A DNA stretch of 64,000 bases from Squalus acanthias (taxonomy: Eukaryota): NCBI GenBank assembly GCA_030390025.1, contig CM059432.1, positions 20,834,001 through 20,898,000 on the forward strand. Reading direction: 5' to 3'. The translations under genes were made by a program, and so were the position numbers. This document shows positions 1 to 14,215 of the stretch, in pieces (within the stretch, counting starts at the first letter, position 1; the number at the start of each line of letters is the position of its first letter). The notes beneath the pieces were generated by a model, which saw only the letters and a program-made list of their open reading frames with translations, searched no databases and was not told the DNA's origin.

Positions 1-1980
1 AACTTGAACTGTAACCTAACGAGCGCAATTCCAGGCGGATTTTGCACGCAATTTCCTGATTGCGCCCAAAGCAGAAACTCTACCCCCGGATGTCTGATCA
101 GGCAGCAGTTAACAACCATCGCATGAGTTCCTGAAGTGTAATACGAGGCTATAGATGGAACAGGAGATGTGAAAAATGTACTGAAGACATTTTTGAAGAA
201 AGCTGAATCTATTGGAGAAAACAAAAGTCAAACTACATCTTTGCCATGGAAGAACACAGTAAAATCATTGGACTAGCCAAAGCTGTGAATATGGGTTGGC
301 AGGTGGGACAGTGGATTGATGCACATTGGCATGGAATATTTGGATGTAGCCTGCACATCATTCTCCATGCAAGTTTTCAATTTCAGGCACACGGTCAGGG
401 CACAGTGCCAATAGGTTTGGCATAATGAGGAACAATTGATGGGCGAGTTAAATATTCATGGGATGTGGCTGGGTTTTTCTTGTATCTGTTATTATAGAGC
501 AGAACTTCTGATCAGTGAAGTTCTTGTACAAACATTTAACATGCTCGCACTACATTCCTGTATTTTTAATGCAAGCATTAATCCAATGTATAAACGTAGC
601 ACAACACAGGAATGTGGAATGAGCATCTTAATAATCTGCACGTGAACGCCTGCCTTCATATGTCATTTGTATTTGTTTTGAGTGTTGAGACCTGTATCCT
701 GTATGTTGTATTGCCACAGTATAGAAGAGAAGTAATGTGAAAGTAAAAAAGTTTTGTTAATGATGGAGGAGCTGTCCTACATTTTTCTTGTCTCTTGGGT
801 ATAATAGTTGCATAAGCCATTTAAATAGTATGGTCTCCATCCATGGATTGTATACGTGCCTCCTGTGATAGAGAGTGTTCAGTGTTGGCTTCCAGCTCCT
901 ACACAAACTCTACAAAAGAATATGCCCACAAAGCACGTGGGAGTACGAACGGAGACTGTTTTTATTCTGTTCTCCATGGAAACTGCTAATCTTTTTAAAT
1001 TGCAGTTCATGAAGGTGGAGCCTCTATTTTTATAATGCTAGGAAGGGGAGTGAGGATCAGGCTTGATGCAATGCATTTCCTCAGACTGAAAGATGTCCCA
1101 CAGGAATCTCAGTGTTTATTGTGTGGGTTGCACAACATCTGCAGTATGAAACTTGTTACTAAAAGAACTGAGTGGGTTTATAGGGGATCTTTAAGGCGGC
1201 GTTGAGCATAGATGTAGGATCTAGGAGGATGGTAAGACTCTTCATTGGTTCCGTTAGCTTCCAGGACCTTCATCAAGGGGAGGCAGGGAAGGACCAGAAT
1301 GTAAGCAGTGCAAAGTTTGATCCCAGTTCTGCCAGCACTCATCTGCCAGAGTAGAATGGAATTTATTAGGAGTAGTGAATTCAACTGTCGTTAGGCCTTA
1401 ATAGATAAAGAACGAGTTAACTGGTTGGGCGTAGCCAAACTGTTGGCGACATTGATAGAATAACTCATCCAGTGATTATGCTTATGTATTTAACATGGAA
1501 AAATCACACCAGAGGTTCAAATTGATAAAAAAAAAAATCTTCAGAATTCTAAGACTTTGACTGAAATCCCAGCACAGATTTTCCTCTTCAGTGATGTTGG
1601 AACTAGCGTGAGGTGGGGTTTGTGCCCACCCATGGCTCCTGCTGCTGACCCCAGTGGATTTTCCTGGGTCACCTAACGGTTGGGTGGGCTCCAAGCAGGA
1701 TTTCCAGTGACACCCGGAAGCTTGCCTCTTGCGGAGAGAGGAACATCGCTGCTGCAGGCCTTGGCATCTGTTGCAGCATGATCTCCATCCGTGGATTGCA
1801 TGTGTATCTCCTGTGATCGAGTACTCAGTGTTGGCTTTCAGCTCCTATGCCAACTTTACAAAAGAACATGGCCACAAAGCATATGTGAACACAAGCAGTG
1901 ACTGTTTTTATTCTGCTCAGCATTGAAACTGGTAATCTTCTTACATTGCCGTTCATAAAGGTGGGCCTGTCTTTTTAATG

Positions 1981-3599
1981 AGGCCAGGAATTGTCTGCTG
2001 CCTCCAGGACAACTGAATTGCGCAAAATTTCAACAATTTCATTTGGGTTGTGGGCCATTTAAAATCTAAACACCCCTCCAATCCCACTTCTGCCTCCAAC
2101 ACACAATGGGCCGTATTTGGCAACCCCTATGGGTGGGTGGGTGGAGAGTTTGCCCAACTCCCGCTGAAAGGCCGTAGAATTCTTATGCCTGGTAAAAGCA
2201 TAAGGCCAGCTTTTACCAGCATAAGGGGTAAAAATTCACTTGGTTGCGCCTCCCGTTAGCGCCTTAAGAGGGCGCTAATGGAGCGCAAAGCCGCTAACGC
2301 CCGTGCGCAGCGATGTTTGCGCCACTCGAGAACTTAACTTGAGATTGTGCGGCGGCCCTAAAACTTACCGCTGCGACCACCTGCGCGCGCAGATTGTGAC
2401 GTCATTCCATGGTGCAACGCCCTTGTGGCACCCCGGAGCGGAAATTGAGTGGCGCCCCCTGCCTTACCGCCTGGCGCATCCAACGACCAGAAGACTGGAA
2501 CGCTATCAATCGCTGTGGGGCTGGGGGGGGCGCTATTTAAAGGGGGCCTCTTCCTGTCTTTTATTGTTGGTGGCATTTTTGAACTACGCATTCTGAGAGA
2601 GAGAGGGAGAGACTTCTGGAGAGATTCAACGTTGTGGGAAGGAGTTTTGGGTACTGAGCAGCACTTTGCAGGTTCATTTTGATTTGCCATTCCTTGTATC
2701 GATTTAGCAGAGACTGTGGGAGCTGCACTCTGAGCTCTTTGCCTGTTACTCTCCATTGTTCTTTCCAGCACATTTGATGTGCAAGTCTCTCCAGGCCGAG
2801 ATTCAAGGCTGCAATGAACAGGATGTGGATGGAAAGCAAGATTAACCATCCCCTTTAAGAACTGGCCCGTGCCATTGTGTGTGTGTTTCATTGCTGACTG
2901 ACATTACATGAGCTTCGCCAGCGCTCTGAGTTAGCGCCTCACTCCTTGGCCTTTGCGCCTTAAGAGAGGTGTGCAGCGCCTGCTTTAGCGCTCCACTCAC
3001 CTCCCGGGGCGGTAAAAGTGAAGTTTCCTGTCAGTGCCGATAATTAGCGCCAGGCGCTAATATTTACGTCCAGACGATATTTGCGCCCCAAATGGGGCGC
3101 AACCTAATTTCTACCCCTAAGAGTTTTAAAAAATAGAAAAATAAAATTTTATCACTCACTTATACTTTAAAAACCCTGTCCAATAAGGTAAGTTTATATT
3201 TAGCCCCATTAAAACATATCCATTTTTTTTCAAAATATTAAATTTGTTTAAAATATTTAATTAAATGCCATTTTAATTAATTTTATATGTAATTAAAAAA
3301 ATTATTTAATGTATTTTTTAAGTCATCCCCATTCATATTTATGACAGTTCCGTACGTACAGAATCCCCGTAAGTATGAAGGGGGATTTCTTTCTTTGTTG
3401 GTTGGGCTGACCCATGTGATCCCAGGGGCGCTTGCGAACCGCATGCGCCCCTGGGATACGTGGGCTTCTACGCATTTCTACCAGGAGGTGTCCAGGATCG
3501 CAAGCCTCCATATCTCCCGGACCACTAGGTAAATGCGTAGATTTTTTGATGATCGGAGGCATCCGCCTGCGGGAAGACTACGATCGCAAATTGAGGCCC
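1981..3599. mobile_element. Older non-autonomous TIR element hosting the 2225-3117 insertion
   Basis: Internal motifs (aaggtaagtttat; cccatgtgatcccaggggcgctt) are reverse complements of motifs in the 47924-48687 element; degenerate GGCC-type termini; left end approximate. Confidence 0.6.
2225..3117. mobile_element. Non-autonomous Harbinger-type TIR element with TAA target-site duplication
   Basis: TAA|GGGGTAAAAATT ... AATTTCTACCCC|TAA; CpG-rich; GTTGCGCCTCCCGTTAGCGCC near 2243 recurs inverted near 40459-40478. Confidence 0.85.
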
Positions 3600-6500
3600 A
3601 TTGTCCGATGGCGTACTTCCGTCATCAACATGCAATTTTATACACACCTGTCCATATTTGGTTGGGTGTGTTTCGTCTCTGCCCGTCACTTCCAGAGGGA
3701 AGTAGTGACTGGCAGGAAGGTCAGCGGAATGTCGCCTCAGCCAGTTTCCCTTCCTTGCTCACGCCAGTACCTTCTGAAAATAGGCAGTGAAGGCAAAGAA
3801 AATCTAGCCTTGACCAGTCTTTGAGGCTGACTTTCAGCCAATCAGATTTTGTTTTAACGTGACTTACACCTCCAAAATGGTTGGTGAGACACAGGACACA
3901 CAAGAAAACTGAAAAAGTGTTTTAAAGTTGTATTTTTTTTTGAGGAAATTAGGAATGATATATCAAATACGGTAGATTAGATATGAATTAAGTTGGAACA
4001 ATGGAAGTAGAAGGGAGGGAATAAGGAAGAGAGGGCAGAAAAAATGGAAGACAGGATAAGGAGAAGTAAAGTTTAAACTTATTGGTAGTTACAATTATTC
4101 TTGGAATTGTTTAGTTGTAGAAGGTTAATATTACAGATGTAGAATTGCTCCTCGCATCGGAGTACCTTATTGTTGAAATGCTATGCAATGTTTCAACATC
4201 CTTTAATGCGAACTGAAAATGTTATTAAAGGATGGCTGAGCCAGGGAGACTGGAATTTCCCGGGAGTGCTGACATGCTCAGGTTCAGTGATACATGCCAT
4301 ACAAGTCTCCTGTGATTGAATGAGTACAATACATGAACTTGTATTCTTTAACATGAGTCATGTCCTTCACTGTTTGACTCTCAGCACATGACTGTACCTT
4401 ATGTTTGTTACCAGGTTAGGAGGCATGCTGGAGTTCTAATTTGTGCATCTATTGTACATCAGTCACTCAAACTGACCATGGATAACCTTGTAGTGCCAAA
4501 GGAAAGAACAATGAGATGGAAAACTGACTATTTGATTGCTTTGCATTAAAATAGCTTTGAAACATAAATTGTGTGGATAGGGAGGGTAAAAGGAACATAC
4601 AGTCCTTTAAAGCCCGAGGTATGCAAGTTTCTTCTCATTAAAATATTTATAACTAGCAAACTTTGAAGTGTTTCTTTGAAAAGGCTGAAGGACATTCAGC
4701 ACTCAAAGGACTACAAGGGAGCTCAGCCACAATTAAAGTCTAGGGTTAGCAGAAGTGAACTGCTGTTCTGGTGGGCCTCTGTTTGTACCAAGCTGTGAGG
4801 TGGCTGCTGGTACCTGAAACTACACACAGACATTTCCTTCAAAGATCTCTGCACCAATATTAACTATTTATAATGCAGAGTACTGGCACTGTCAATGATA
4901 GTAATGCCTGTGTCACAGGTTCTCTCTCCTGGGGCATTTTTTTCTGTCTTTTCGCAAATAAATGGTTAGTTGACCTTCTATTGTGGAAATAACAAAATCG
5001 CAGATTTACACCATTGGCTCGCAACGTAACAAATAAAAAGAAACTGGTCAGTTAGAACTTGCCTACAGCAATGTTGAATTCACACTTCCCAAGCACATAA
5101 ATTGGATGGAGGCTGACATAAATGGAGAACATTTTATACATTGCACGACGATTAGTTGAAATATCCTAACAAAAGATTTTGTAATACTGATTTAGAGGCA
5201 AGACAATCCTGTTGGATTGTGTGACTGAATTGCATGGTGAATTTTTTTTGGTTGATCTGATCAGCAAAAGTCCACAATAGGGCAACAGACATCCACAAAA
5301 CATCCGTAAAAGTGGTGGATTTAGGGCAGCCCTAACCCGACCCAACTACCACTGGTGGCCTCAACCTCATGCCCAGTGTCATCTCCAACTTGACTGCTTC
5401 CGGCAGCTCCAACTCGATCAAATTCCAGTTGGCAGCTCCAAACTGACCAGGCTAGTACTGCCAGTGCCAACCTGAACCATCTCTCAATGGCAGCTCACCG
5501 TCTTAATATGGAGAGGAAGAACGTGACCAGGGGGATGAAAGTGTCAACAGTCAGTGCAGTAAATGTCAAAGGAAACAGTAGCTCTGTGAATTATAAAGGA
5601 GGTAGTAGCTAGGGTTTAGTATTTTTGCTTGGGTAATGCTTCTCCTTAGATGTGTCCTACAGTTGTTGCCCCAGCAAAGTCTTGAAAGAATCATTTGTTC
5701 AGAGCTGCTCAGTCCTTATGCTGCCCGGTAAAATGTCCTCCAGTGACATCGTGGAACCCCTTGGTGGTGATGAGTTTGATTGCAAGCCTTAATTTTCTGT
5801 CTTCATCAAACGTATAGGATCTTTACAATGAAAATCAAGAGGAGTAAGAAAAATTGACCTAAGTTTGGTCTGGTTTGGTTCTGATGGAAAGTGGTTACCT
5901 TGTTCCCTCATGTTAGTACAGCAGCGTCTGCACTGAAATAAGTCGAAGGAGAGAATGGGTTTGTAGCTCTTGTCATAGACTGTGATCCTGTGCATTTCGA
6001 TAATTCTATTGAAGAGAAGAAATTCCACACAATTATCGATTTGCAAGCCATCATGTGATGGAAAAGGGTTACATAAAGGACATTTAGTACTACAGACTCT
6101 TCTGTTCAGTCTGTTGGCAGCACCAGCTTGTCCAAGCTCCCTTCAGGACTGCCACTGGCTGCATGCTAATGAGGGTGCCTGGGGGCAGCAGTCTCTCAGG
6201 CTCTGTTGGTAGTAGTTCATTAAGTGTACTCTCATCAGGCACACGCTACAGGATTCCTACCTTCTAAGAGGGCTCCCATCTGCTGTGTTGATTCTATCTC
6301 AGAAATCTGAACAGGTTGAGCTATTATAATTAGACCCAATAAGACTTTTCTACTCATTTGTTTTCCTTTAAAATAACTTACATTAGATATTTCCATTTTC
6401 TTTTCATACCCCACAGTGTAGTTGTTTATTTGTCACCTGCTCTTTTAATTGGCAAGAGTTTTGTTTTTAATTTTCTTTTCAAACTTTTTATTTTTATTTT

Positions 6501-8047
6501 CCAATTTTCTCCTCTTAATCACGGACTCCTGTTGGGTGTGGTTGCAGATTTTTTTTGTACCTTGTTATTTTGTAGCCATTCTTGACATTCAGATTTAGGC
6601 ATTGTGTGTTAGCAGGCTATTGGGTCATAGAGGTCAAGCACAGCTGAGCACCATCATAGCCCCTTGTGACATCCACACGTGTTACAGTTCAGGCTTTCCT
6701 TGTATACGTGACTTGACAATATTTACTTTCTGTAAGCAGACTGAGTCTCCTATGTACTGAAGTATATTCTCTCTGACATCATGTTAGTGTAGCCCCAATC
6801 TAGAAATTAGCAATGATCCCCCTTAAATTGTTCACTGAAGAATAGGTAGGACTCCCATTGCATCTCTGCCAATTTGGATGACAGAAAATATCACACCTTT
6901 AAGTCACTTTATACAGGCTAAGTTACAGTGCAGATTTATTTGTTAATAAAATTATTCAGAGAAGGAAAAACATGGGACAGACACTAACCAGCACAAATAG
7001 CAAATTAAGTTCCAATTAGGTTGACATTTTAAAACAATGTTCCTCAAACTCATGGCCAAGCATACATTCTTGTGTTGCGGACATAACAATTGTGTATGAA
7101 CCTGATATAACTCCCATACATATAATGATGGCAAAGAACAGAAATAGACTAATGGTTACAAAGCCTGATATTGATACATTTGATTTCCTTGATGTAGATT
7201 CACACTCTTTAAAGATTATCACGAAGATTGACATAATCTGAGCAGATAACATCTCATTCAATAATGGGTTGATAACCTGGGAATTATAGGAGTACATTTC
7301 TGCACAGATTCCCCAGCTCGTCTGCCATTACTTCGGTGGGATAGCTATGGAAACCCCAGAGAAATGTTTTCCCGGGCTTTCCAGAGTTCTTCCACCAAAT
7401 TTCTGGCAGACAAGCAGGAAAGCCCCTGCGGAAAGTAACCCTTTATAGCTTTTCTCAGTGGCCTCCACACTGAGACTGTATTTTAACACTCAACAATATT
7501 TTTAGACTACTATTACCAGGATGAATTTACATGGAATAGCCCTATTAAGGATCCCATGGAAACAAGCAAAGGGATATGTTTTGGGTAGCCAGTTGTGGCG
7601 AGGAAACAACAATAAAAATACGTTTAGGTCAGACATACACATTGAATAGGTTGAAGAGGTAATAGTTGGATAATTTCAATTGACAGATGCCCACATTGAT
7701 TGACCACCCACAGACTAACTTTGGCACGGAACAAAGGGAATTTCATACTGACATCCCACAGCACACACAGCTGGCTGATGCTACTTTTCATGTAGCATTA
7801 CTCAAATTATTTAAATCCATATAAACCCAAAGAAAAAAGTTCCAATCTTTGTCACAATGTCCACATTGCGGCAGAAGTCACTGGGAACAACAACTTGCAT
7901 TTATATAGCACCTTTAACGTAGTAAAACTTCCCCAGGAAAGCAATCGGGTGTGAGAAATCTAACTTATTCCTGCCCCTTCCTAGCTCAGAGTCACTAAGA
8001 CCAAGTACAGAGCTGTAGTCCTGTCCTGGTACAGATCAGCTGGATCA

Positions 8048-8839
8048 TGTAAACCTTTCTCTTACTATGGTTTGGACTTCGAGAATTACAAATAAGCGTA
8101 ACAATGACAGACAAGTATGTGATCAATAAAATTGGTCTTTATTCACACTATAGTTCAAAATTTAAGTGTACAATCGCAATCAATATGCACCCAATTTACC
8201 CGCACATAAAAGTATTTCCCAGCAATTTACACGCTACCTCTGGACGATTTATATTCCAAGTCAACCATACATAAAAGTACCCCTTTTAACAATATCTAAG
8301 CTTTATGTCCGACTTTCATACATACCCCTTTATCTCTGGGTGATCGGTCCAGGGAGAGTCGTAAGTCAAAACATAGACTGGCCAGCTTTCTCTGTTTGTT
8401 TGTTCTTCCGTTCTGTCTTCTGTGTTCCTTCTGTGTTCTGAATTTCCTGCCCCTGGGTTACTTCTGTTATAGGGCCTTTCTGCCGGCCCCACTTGTATAT
8501 CACTGTCTGCCCCCTCTGATAGGTCAGTTTCACTCCAAACCTTCCCTGATTGGAGTTCCTTCCGCATGACACGTTCATGTTCCTGTGAGGTGTGTGGGAG
8601 CGGAACTTCCTTGTCAGTCATGTCCCTCCTTCCTGTCCATGTGGCCTCTCAAACAAAGGACCACATGCTGACCACCAGGCAAAGGACCCCCTGCTGACTT
8701 CCGCCATTTTGTGTCTTCACAAACAAACACATGCTGACTTCCTACATTTTGAATCATTTCGTAACCATTTCACAATTCATTCTGAACTTCGATCTCCACA
8801 TGGTAGCAGCGGTTTTATTACAATTTTCAGAATCTTACA
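8048..8839 (-). mobile_element. Solo LTR (792 bp) with 4-bp TSD
   Basis: ATCA|TGTAA ... TTACA|ATCA; minus-strand AATAAA near 8140; YY1-like CCGCCATTTT and ETS-like ACTTCCG motifs near 8697-8710; orientation inferred. Confidence 0.82.
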
Positions 8840-10169
8840 ATCAACACAGATCAGGAATTGAATCATGACCTTCTGTTCTTTATGGTTTGGTGCCACACTA
8901 CACAGTACATTCACCCACTAACCCATCTGGGAGGATGGAAAACCTGCACAAATCATACATAATTGCAAACTCAAGAGAATGTTGATAAGAAATAGAGGTA
9001 GAATATCAACCTTAAAAACCAGGAACATGAACAAAGTTTAAACTGAACAAAAGTACTTCTTTTTTTTTTTAAAAGGCAACAAAGTACACTAAGACATTGA
9101 TTTGCGCAATTTATGTCCATGATCTCAGAATGTTCCATTCACAATCACTAGGTTTCTTCCTGACAATCGAGGTCTATTACAGGCGATTTGCAATATAAAC
9201 ATGTAACATGCAATCAACGTTCAACTCAACATTATAATGCTATCCACGGCACTAACCAACATTACTTAAAACAGTTTATCTGGTCAATCGTCTCATTCTC
9301 TTTGTGGGACCTTGTATGTGCAAACTTACTGCTGCATTTTCCTACAATTATAACATTGATTTGCACTTCAAAATGTTCCACTGGCTGTGAAGCGCTTTGG
9401 GACATCCTGAGGTTGTGAAAGGTGCTATGGTAATACAAGTCCTTTCTATCCAACCGCAAGCCTCATACAGCTGTGAAAACTCTCCGATACAAATAGACCT
9501 CTCCACTTAGACTTTGTTTGCAATATCAAATAAGCTGCAGTCCATCATGATCTATGCGAATTAGTAATGGAGCCAGACAAAACTATTACAAAACTGCAAA
9601 GTACCTGCGGATTTCTCTCCGACTTGTTTGACACCCAGAGATTTTCTTCTATTGTGCTCCCCGGTCCATTCAGGTTTCCTGTTCGGCCAGCGGCCTTCTC
9701 CGAAGCTGACTCATCGTGCTCATTAACTCTCACTTTCACCTTCATAGGGAGGTGAGGAATGTTTTGATTTAATCTACAAAGGAAAAATTGGAATCAGTAA
9801 AATCCTTTATTTTGCATCATCAAGGTGATTCTACTAAAATGCAGCTCAAAATTTTTTTAAATATATAAAACGATAAGGTAGAAATGGCTGTACACAAATT
9901 CCCCCCTCTGCTATTTTAACAGTCTTTAACCGGTTTGAAATAAATTTCTGCCCTCATTTGATTATTTCTACCCTGAAGTTGGCTACGGTTTTTTTTCTCC
10001 AGAAAAATACTCATCTGGTTACTTTTGCTTTGATGTGCTATTGCTTCATTTTGTTCAGAAAAATTAACAATTAATAAACAGATCACCTCATTTTCTAAGT
10101 GTTCTAATGCAGTTTGAACTGCACAACTATGAACATTTTCCATTTACTCAGCAATTAACTCTGTCTCTC

Positions 10170-10368
10170 GGTACTGCTGTAAAACATGTCTCCAGGTGCT
10201 GCTGTAAAACGTGTCTCTGTAGGTACTGCTGTAAAATGTGCCTCTGTAGGTGCTGCTGTAAAACGTGTCTCTGTCGGTGCTGCTGTAAAATGTGTCTCTA
10301 GGTACTGCTGTAAAACATGTCTCCAGGTGCTGCTGTAAAACGTGTCTCTGTAGGTGCTGCTGTAAAAT
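10170..10368. repeat. Minisatellite, about 8 copies of a 25-27 bp unit
   Basis: Unit GGTRCTGCTGTAAAAYRTGTCTCTGTA. Confidence 0.95.
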
Positions 10369-10744
10369 GAACTGTCTCTCAATTATAGTTGTGACCTTTA
10401 GTCAGACAAAGGAGAGCAACATGTGTGACCAGCATTAATTTTTGGCAGCAATTTTCTATGGTTGGAGCCATTTCAGTTTCTTTCTTATTCTCTTGCAGCC
10501 TTTTCAGTGGTATCCTTGTAGTATACAATTCTAAACTGTATTCTTACCATTTAAACATTTGCATATTGGCCTTTCAGTATAACTTGCCTTCTTTCCACAA
10601 TGCATGGGAGGTTTAAAGCTGACATCGACGTTATCTCCGCAGAATGCAGTCTGTTTTCTCTCGTTGAAGTTAGTATATTTGAACACGAGCTGAACCCCAG
10701 AGGACAGGTGAGATTGACCACCTGAACATCATGGTAGCACTCAA

Positions 10745-11665
10745 CCCAGTATGGTACCAAAGAACCTTGGCTAGAGCGAGGTCAAGGGGAAAACTCTCCA
10801 GTAGCTGGAGTTATACCTGGCACAAAGGAAGATAGTTCTGGTTGTCAGAGGCTAGTCATCACAACTCCAGGACATCACTGCAGGAATTCCACAGGAAATG
10901 TCCTCGGCTCAACCATTTTCAGCTTCATTAGTAACCTTCCATCATAACGTCAAGAGTGGGCAGATTACTGATCATTCCACGTTGTTCAGCTCCATTCACA
11001 ACTTCTCCAAAGTATCCCAGACTACAGAAGGACCTGGACAATATCTAAGCTTGGGCTGACTATTGCCAGGTAACATTTGCAGTATGTAAGTGCTAGGAAA
11101 TGATTATCTGGAACAAGAGGAAGTTATCTTGACTTCAGCAGCACCACCATTGGTGAGTCCCTCACCATCAACATCTAGTGACGAGAAGCTAAACTGAACC
11201 GGCCATTTTGCATCATGGCTACAAGAGCAGGGCACAGACTGTGACAAGTGGCTCATCTCCTGATCCCTGAAAGTCTCTTCACCATTGACAAGGCGCAAGT
11301 CAGAAGTGTGATGGAATACATGCCACTTGCCTAGATGGGTGAAGCCACAACAAACCTCAAGAAGCTCAACACCAAATAGAACAGAGCAATTTTCTTGGTT
11401 GGTGCCCTTGCCACTGGACTCGATATCGGCTCCCTTCAATACTGGCGCACTGTAGCTGCAGTATGCACGGTCTACAGAATGAACTGTAGCAATCCACCAA
11501 GGTTATTTTGGCAGCAACTCCCTCCCCTGCAACTTACCACCGTGAAGAACAAGAACAGCAAAGTTATTGCCGTCAACCTCCAAGTTCCTCTCCAAGACCA
11601 TCCTGACTTGGACATATATTACTGTTCTTCATTCCTTGGTGAAGATCCTGGAATTTCCAGCTTAA
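10745..11665 (+). mobile_element. Decayed LINE, same family as 44650-45830
   Basis: Shared motifs gagtccctcaccatcaacatc, gaagctaaactg, caagttcctctccaag...catcctgacttggacatatat. Confidence 0.75.
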
Positions 11666-14119
11666 CACCAGGAAGCAATGCAATGATGAGAAACCCTTTC
11701 AGATTTTGGTGTACAGCAAGGCAGTGGTATCTACTGTTATCCCAGTTATTTGCTGCACATCTTGAAAGAGATTGTGCAGAAGGTCCATATATTTTTGGTG
11801 CTCTGCTGGCATCATTTGTTTCATGGCAGGAACCCTGAGATCTTCATGCACCCGTTCTGTAGCCAGGGGTTGATATATTTTAAGCCTCCACTCAGCTAGT
11901 TTAGGCTCCACTTCCATACCTGCATCTTCTGGTTTCCTTGTGCTCTGTGTCTCACCATATGTCAATTCCTCATCAATACTATTTTCATTTCCTGAGTAAC
12001 TGTCTCCAGACTGCTGAGCTCAAGGGAGTGTGAGAATGGTGGGGGTGAGTGAGTGGGTACCATTGCTGCCAGTGGTAGAGGGGACTGAAATGTCTTGGCA
12101 ATTATCCTCCTCCTCTTCTGTTTCCCAGCTTGTAGCCTCCAGAGGAAAACATACCAACTGTTAGCATGCTAGTCATGCTGTTCCAAGTTATCTTAATCAG
12201 CCAAAGTGTGAATCTTAGGCAGGAACTGTTTAGAAGTTTTGAAAAATGCATAGAAATATTATAAAAGAAAAGGATTATGTGTTCACAAACCCATTGAAGA
12301 CATATTGCCTCCCACATCTACTTCCCCAAATGCCAGACCAGAGCTGCTTACAATGATTGAAAATGCCTCCTCTTCATGATGAGTTCCTGTGTTTCTTCCC
12401 CTAGTGGCCTGCTGTTCCATGACGTTGTATATTGTTTTCTCTTAGAGGGGAAATGCATTGCATTATTTTTTTTTACAGTCTCCAGATTCTGCAGTCATAA
12501 TCTGTCAGGATTTATGGAATGGCAGTAATAATAGGTGGAAGAGAACAAGGGTCGAGGATGTAAGACTTAAATGTGGTAGCATGCATTACAGTATGTGAGT
12601 TGGTTGACATGACTGATGCTAGATTACAGTGTTGTCTGATATACCAAAGAGCATTGCTTGAATATTAGGGCAGGGAATACCAGTTTACTTTTCTGTATTT
12701 CAGTAAGCTTCTCCATTGTTCAGCTGACAACTCACTTATGTTTGCTGACTCTGTGAGGTTATTAAATGTCTTCTAACACTATAAGAGAGTAAGATGTCTC
12801 TCACTCTCGCCATCTTCCACATGACCCATGCTGCTGCATTTGATGGTTTTGTCCTAGCTATTCCAACAATAACACTTCTCCTTTGTCTTATTTATGAGAA
12901 CAAAGCTTCAACACCAGCCTCAGAAAAATGGTCGTCCTTCCTCCTTTGCAGTTGCCCCTGCATGATCTCACCAGAGTCTCTCACCTCTTTAAATGGACTA
13001 AATGCTATAACTCATGATGCTATGTCCTTCCCTTCTGAACTTCCATCGGTGCAACAGGGAACCAAGATTTTCAGAGTTATTAAGTGCAGGGACGTTAAGG
13101 GATTTACCATGGAATATGATGCCACGCCAAATCCCTCTCGTCATGTTAGTCTGATGCAAGAGATTTCAGGTTCATTTCCAATACTATTTACTCACCAAGA
13201 TTCTTTACCTGGATAATTTTGAGGGGTCAGTGGCACTGTATACTTATAGCTAAACAGTACCGTTTGCAATCATTCAACACTGAGCAGTAATTATTGCTAC
13301 TCTGCATTCTTAGTGATTTATTTAAGCAAGTTGTTTTGGAATACTACAGATGGTCTAAAGCACCAATTAAAGCAATTGGTAGCAGACAGATCTGACGAAA
13401 GTAAGCAAGAAATAACCTTAATCTCCATGTATTTAGTCACAATCGAAATAGTGTGAACTACCACTTTCCAGGCATTAAATCAATACTTACTACATTTGTG
13501 AGTTCAAATGCCCTAAGTTATTCGCAAGTTTGCCCTGAATGTTGATGCTGTGGACCACAAATATGATTAAGAATGGAAAAGAAGTGCCTTACTAAGGACT
13601 ATCATTTTCCTTTAAGCGCTGCACTGGCTTAAGATACATAGAGATGTTTGCAATCATGAGCTGCTTGCTCAGGGAGTTCCCCATTCCAAAATGTGATAGC
13701 ACCAGAAGTCTGTGTGTGTGTGTGAGACTGCAGCAACTTTATGATCACAGATGTCTTCCATTCACCATGAGGAAATAAATTACATGGTCAAAAGTGTTCA
13801 CTTACACTGGGGAGATGAGCATCACTTTTCTGTTTCTGAAAGGAAGATAATCCAATTTACCAAGTCAAAGGATCCAATTTACAACCCATTAATAGTTCTT
13901 TGGCATTGATGGTTTGTTTGTTGAGTGGAGGAACACACCTACTTTGAAGTAAGAGCACCTCAGCACAGTTCGGCGGCTTACATCGATCGCGAAGAATAGC
14001 AATGTCGCAATATGGAGGTTTTAGATGTCAAACGTGACATCCTGCAGGTGATTCTAAATTTTCCATACTTAGGTCGCAATACCTTCAATCTGATATTACC
14101 AAGACTTTTTGAACAAAAG

Positions 14120-14215
14120 AACTGCATGAGTGGGTTGCTCCTGGCAGACATTGGTTGCAGCCTGAAGAACTGGCTTATGACAGTCTGCACCCGCCTCACC
14201 AAAACAAAAACACAG
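14120..14215 (+). CDS. Possible upstream linker exon of the ADGRB gene (tentative)
   Basis: 96 nt, open, phase 1-1, weak aaAG acceptor, ACAG|GTataa donor; would read (E)[39 protein letters not shown], recalling the ...[10 protein letters not shown] junction of BAI1/2; no clear sequence homology. Confidence 0.3.

Noticed and set aside
10107..10382. Cys-rich metallothionein-like ORF (CRCCCKTCL repeats) and a CRISPR-like look
   Set aside because: Simple 25-27 bp minisatellite with no unique spacers; the peptide is a by-product of the repeat
12794..13216. 140-aa ATG-initiated ORF
   Set aside because: No recognisable motif and no splice fit to the ADGRB frame; likely chance
14073..14215. Longer ADGRB exon using the stronger ttAG acceptor
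   Set aside because: At 143 nt, the open frame ends in phase 0 and the phase-compatible frame contains TGA
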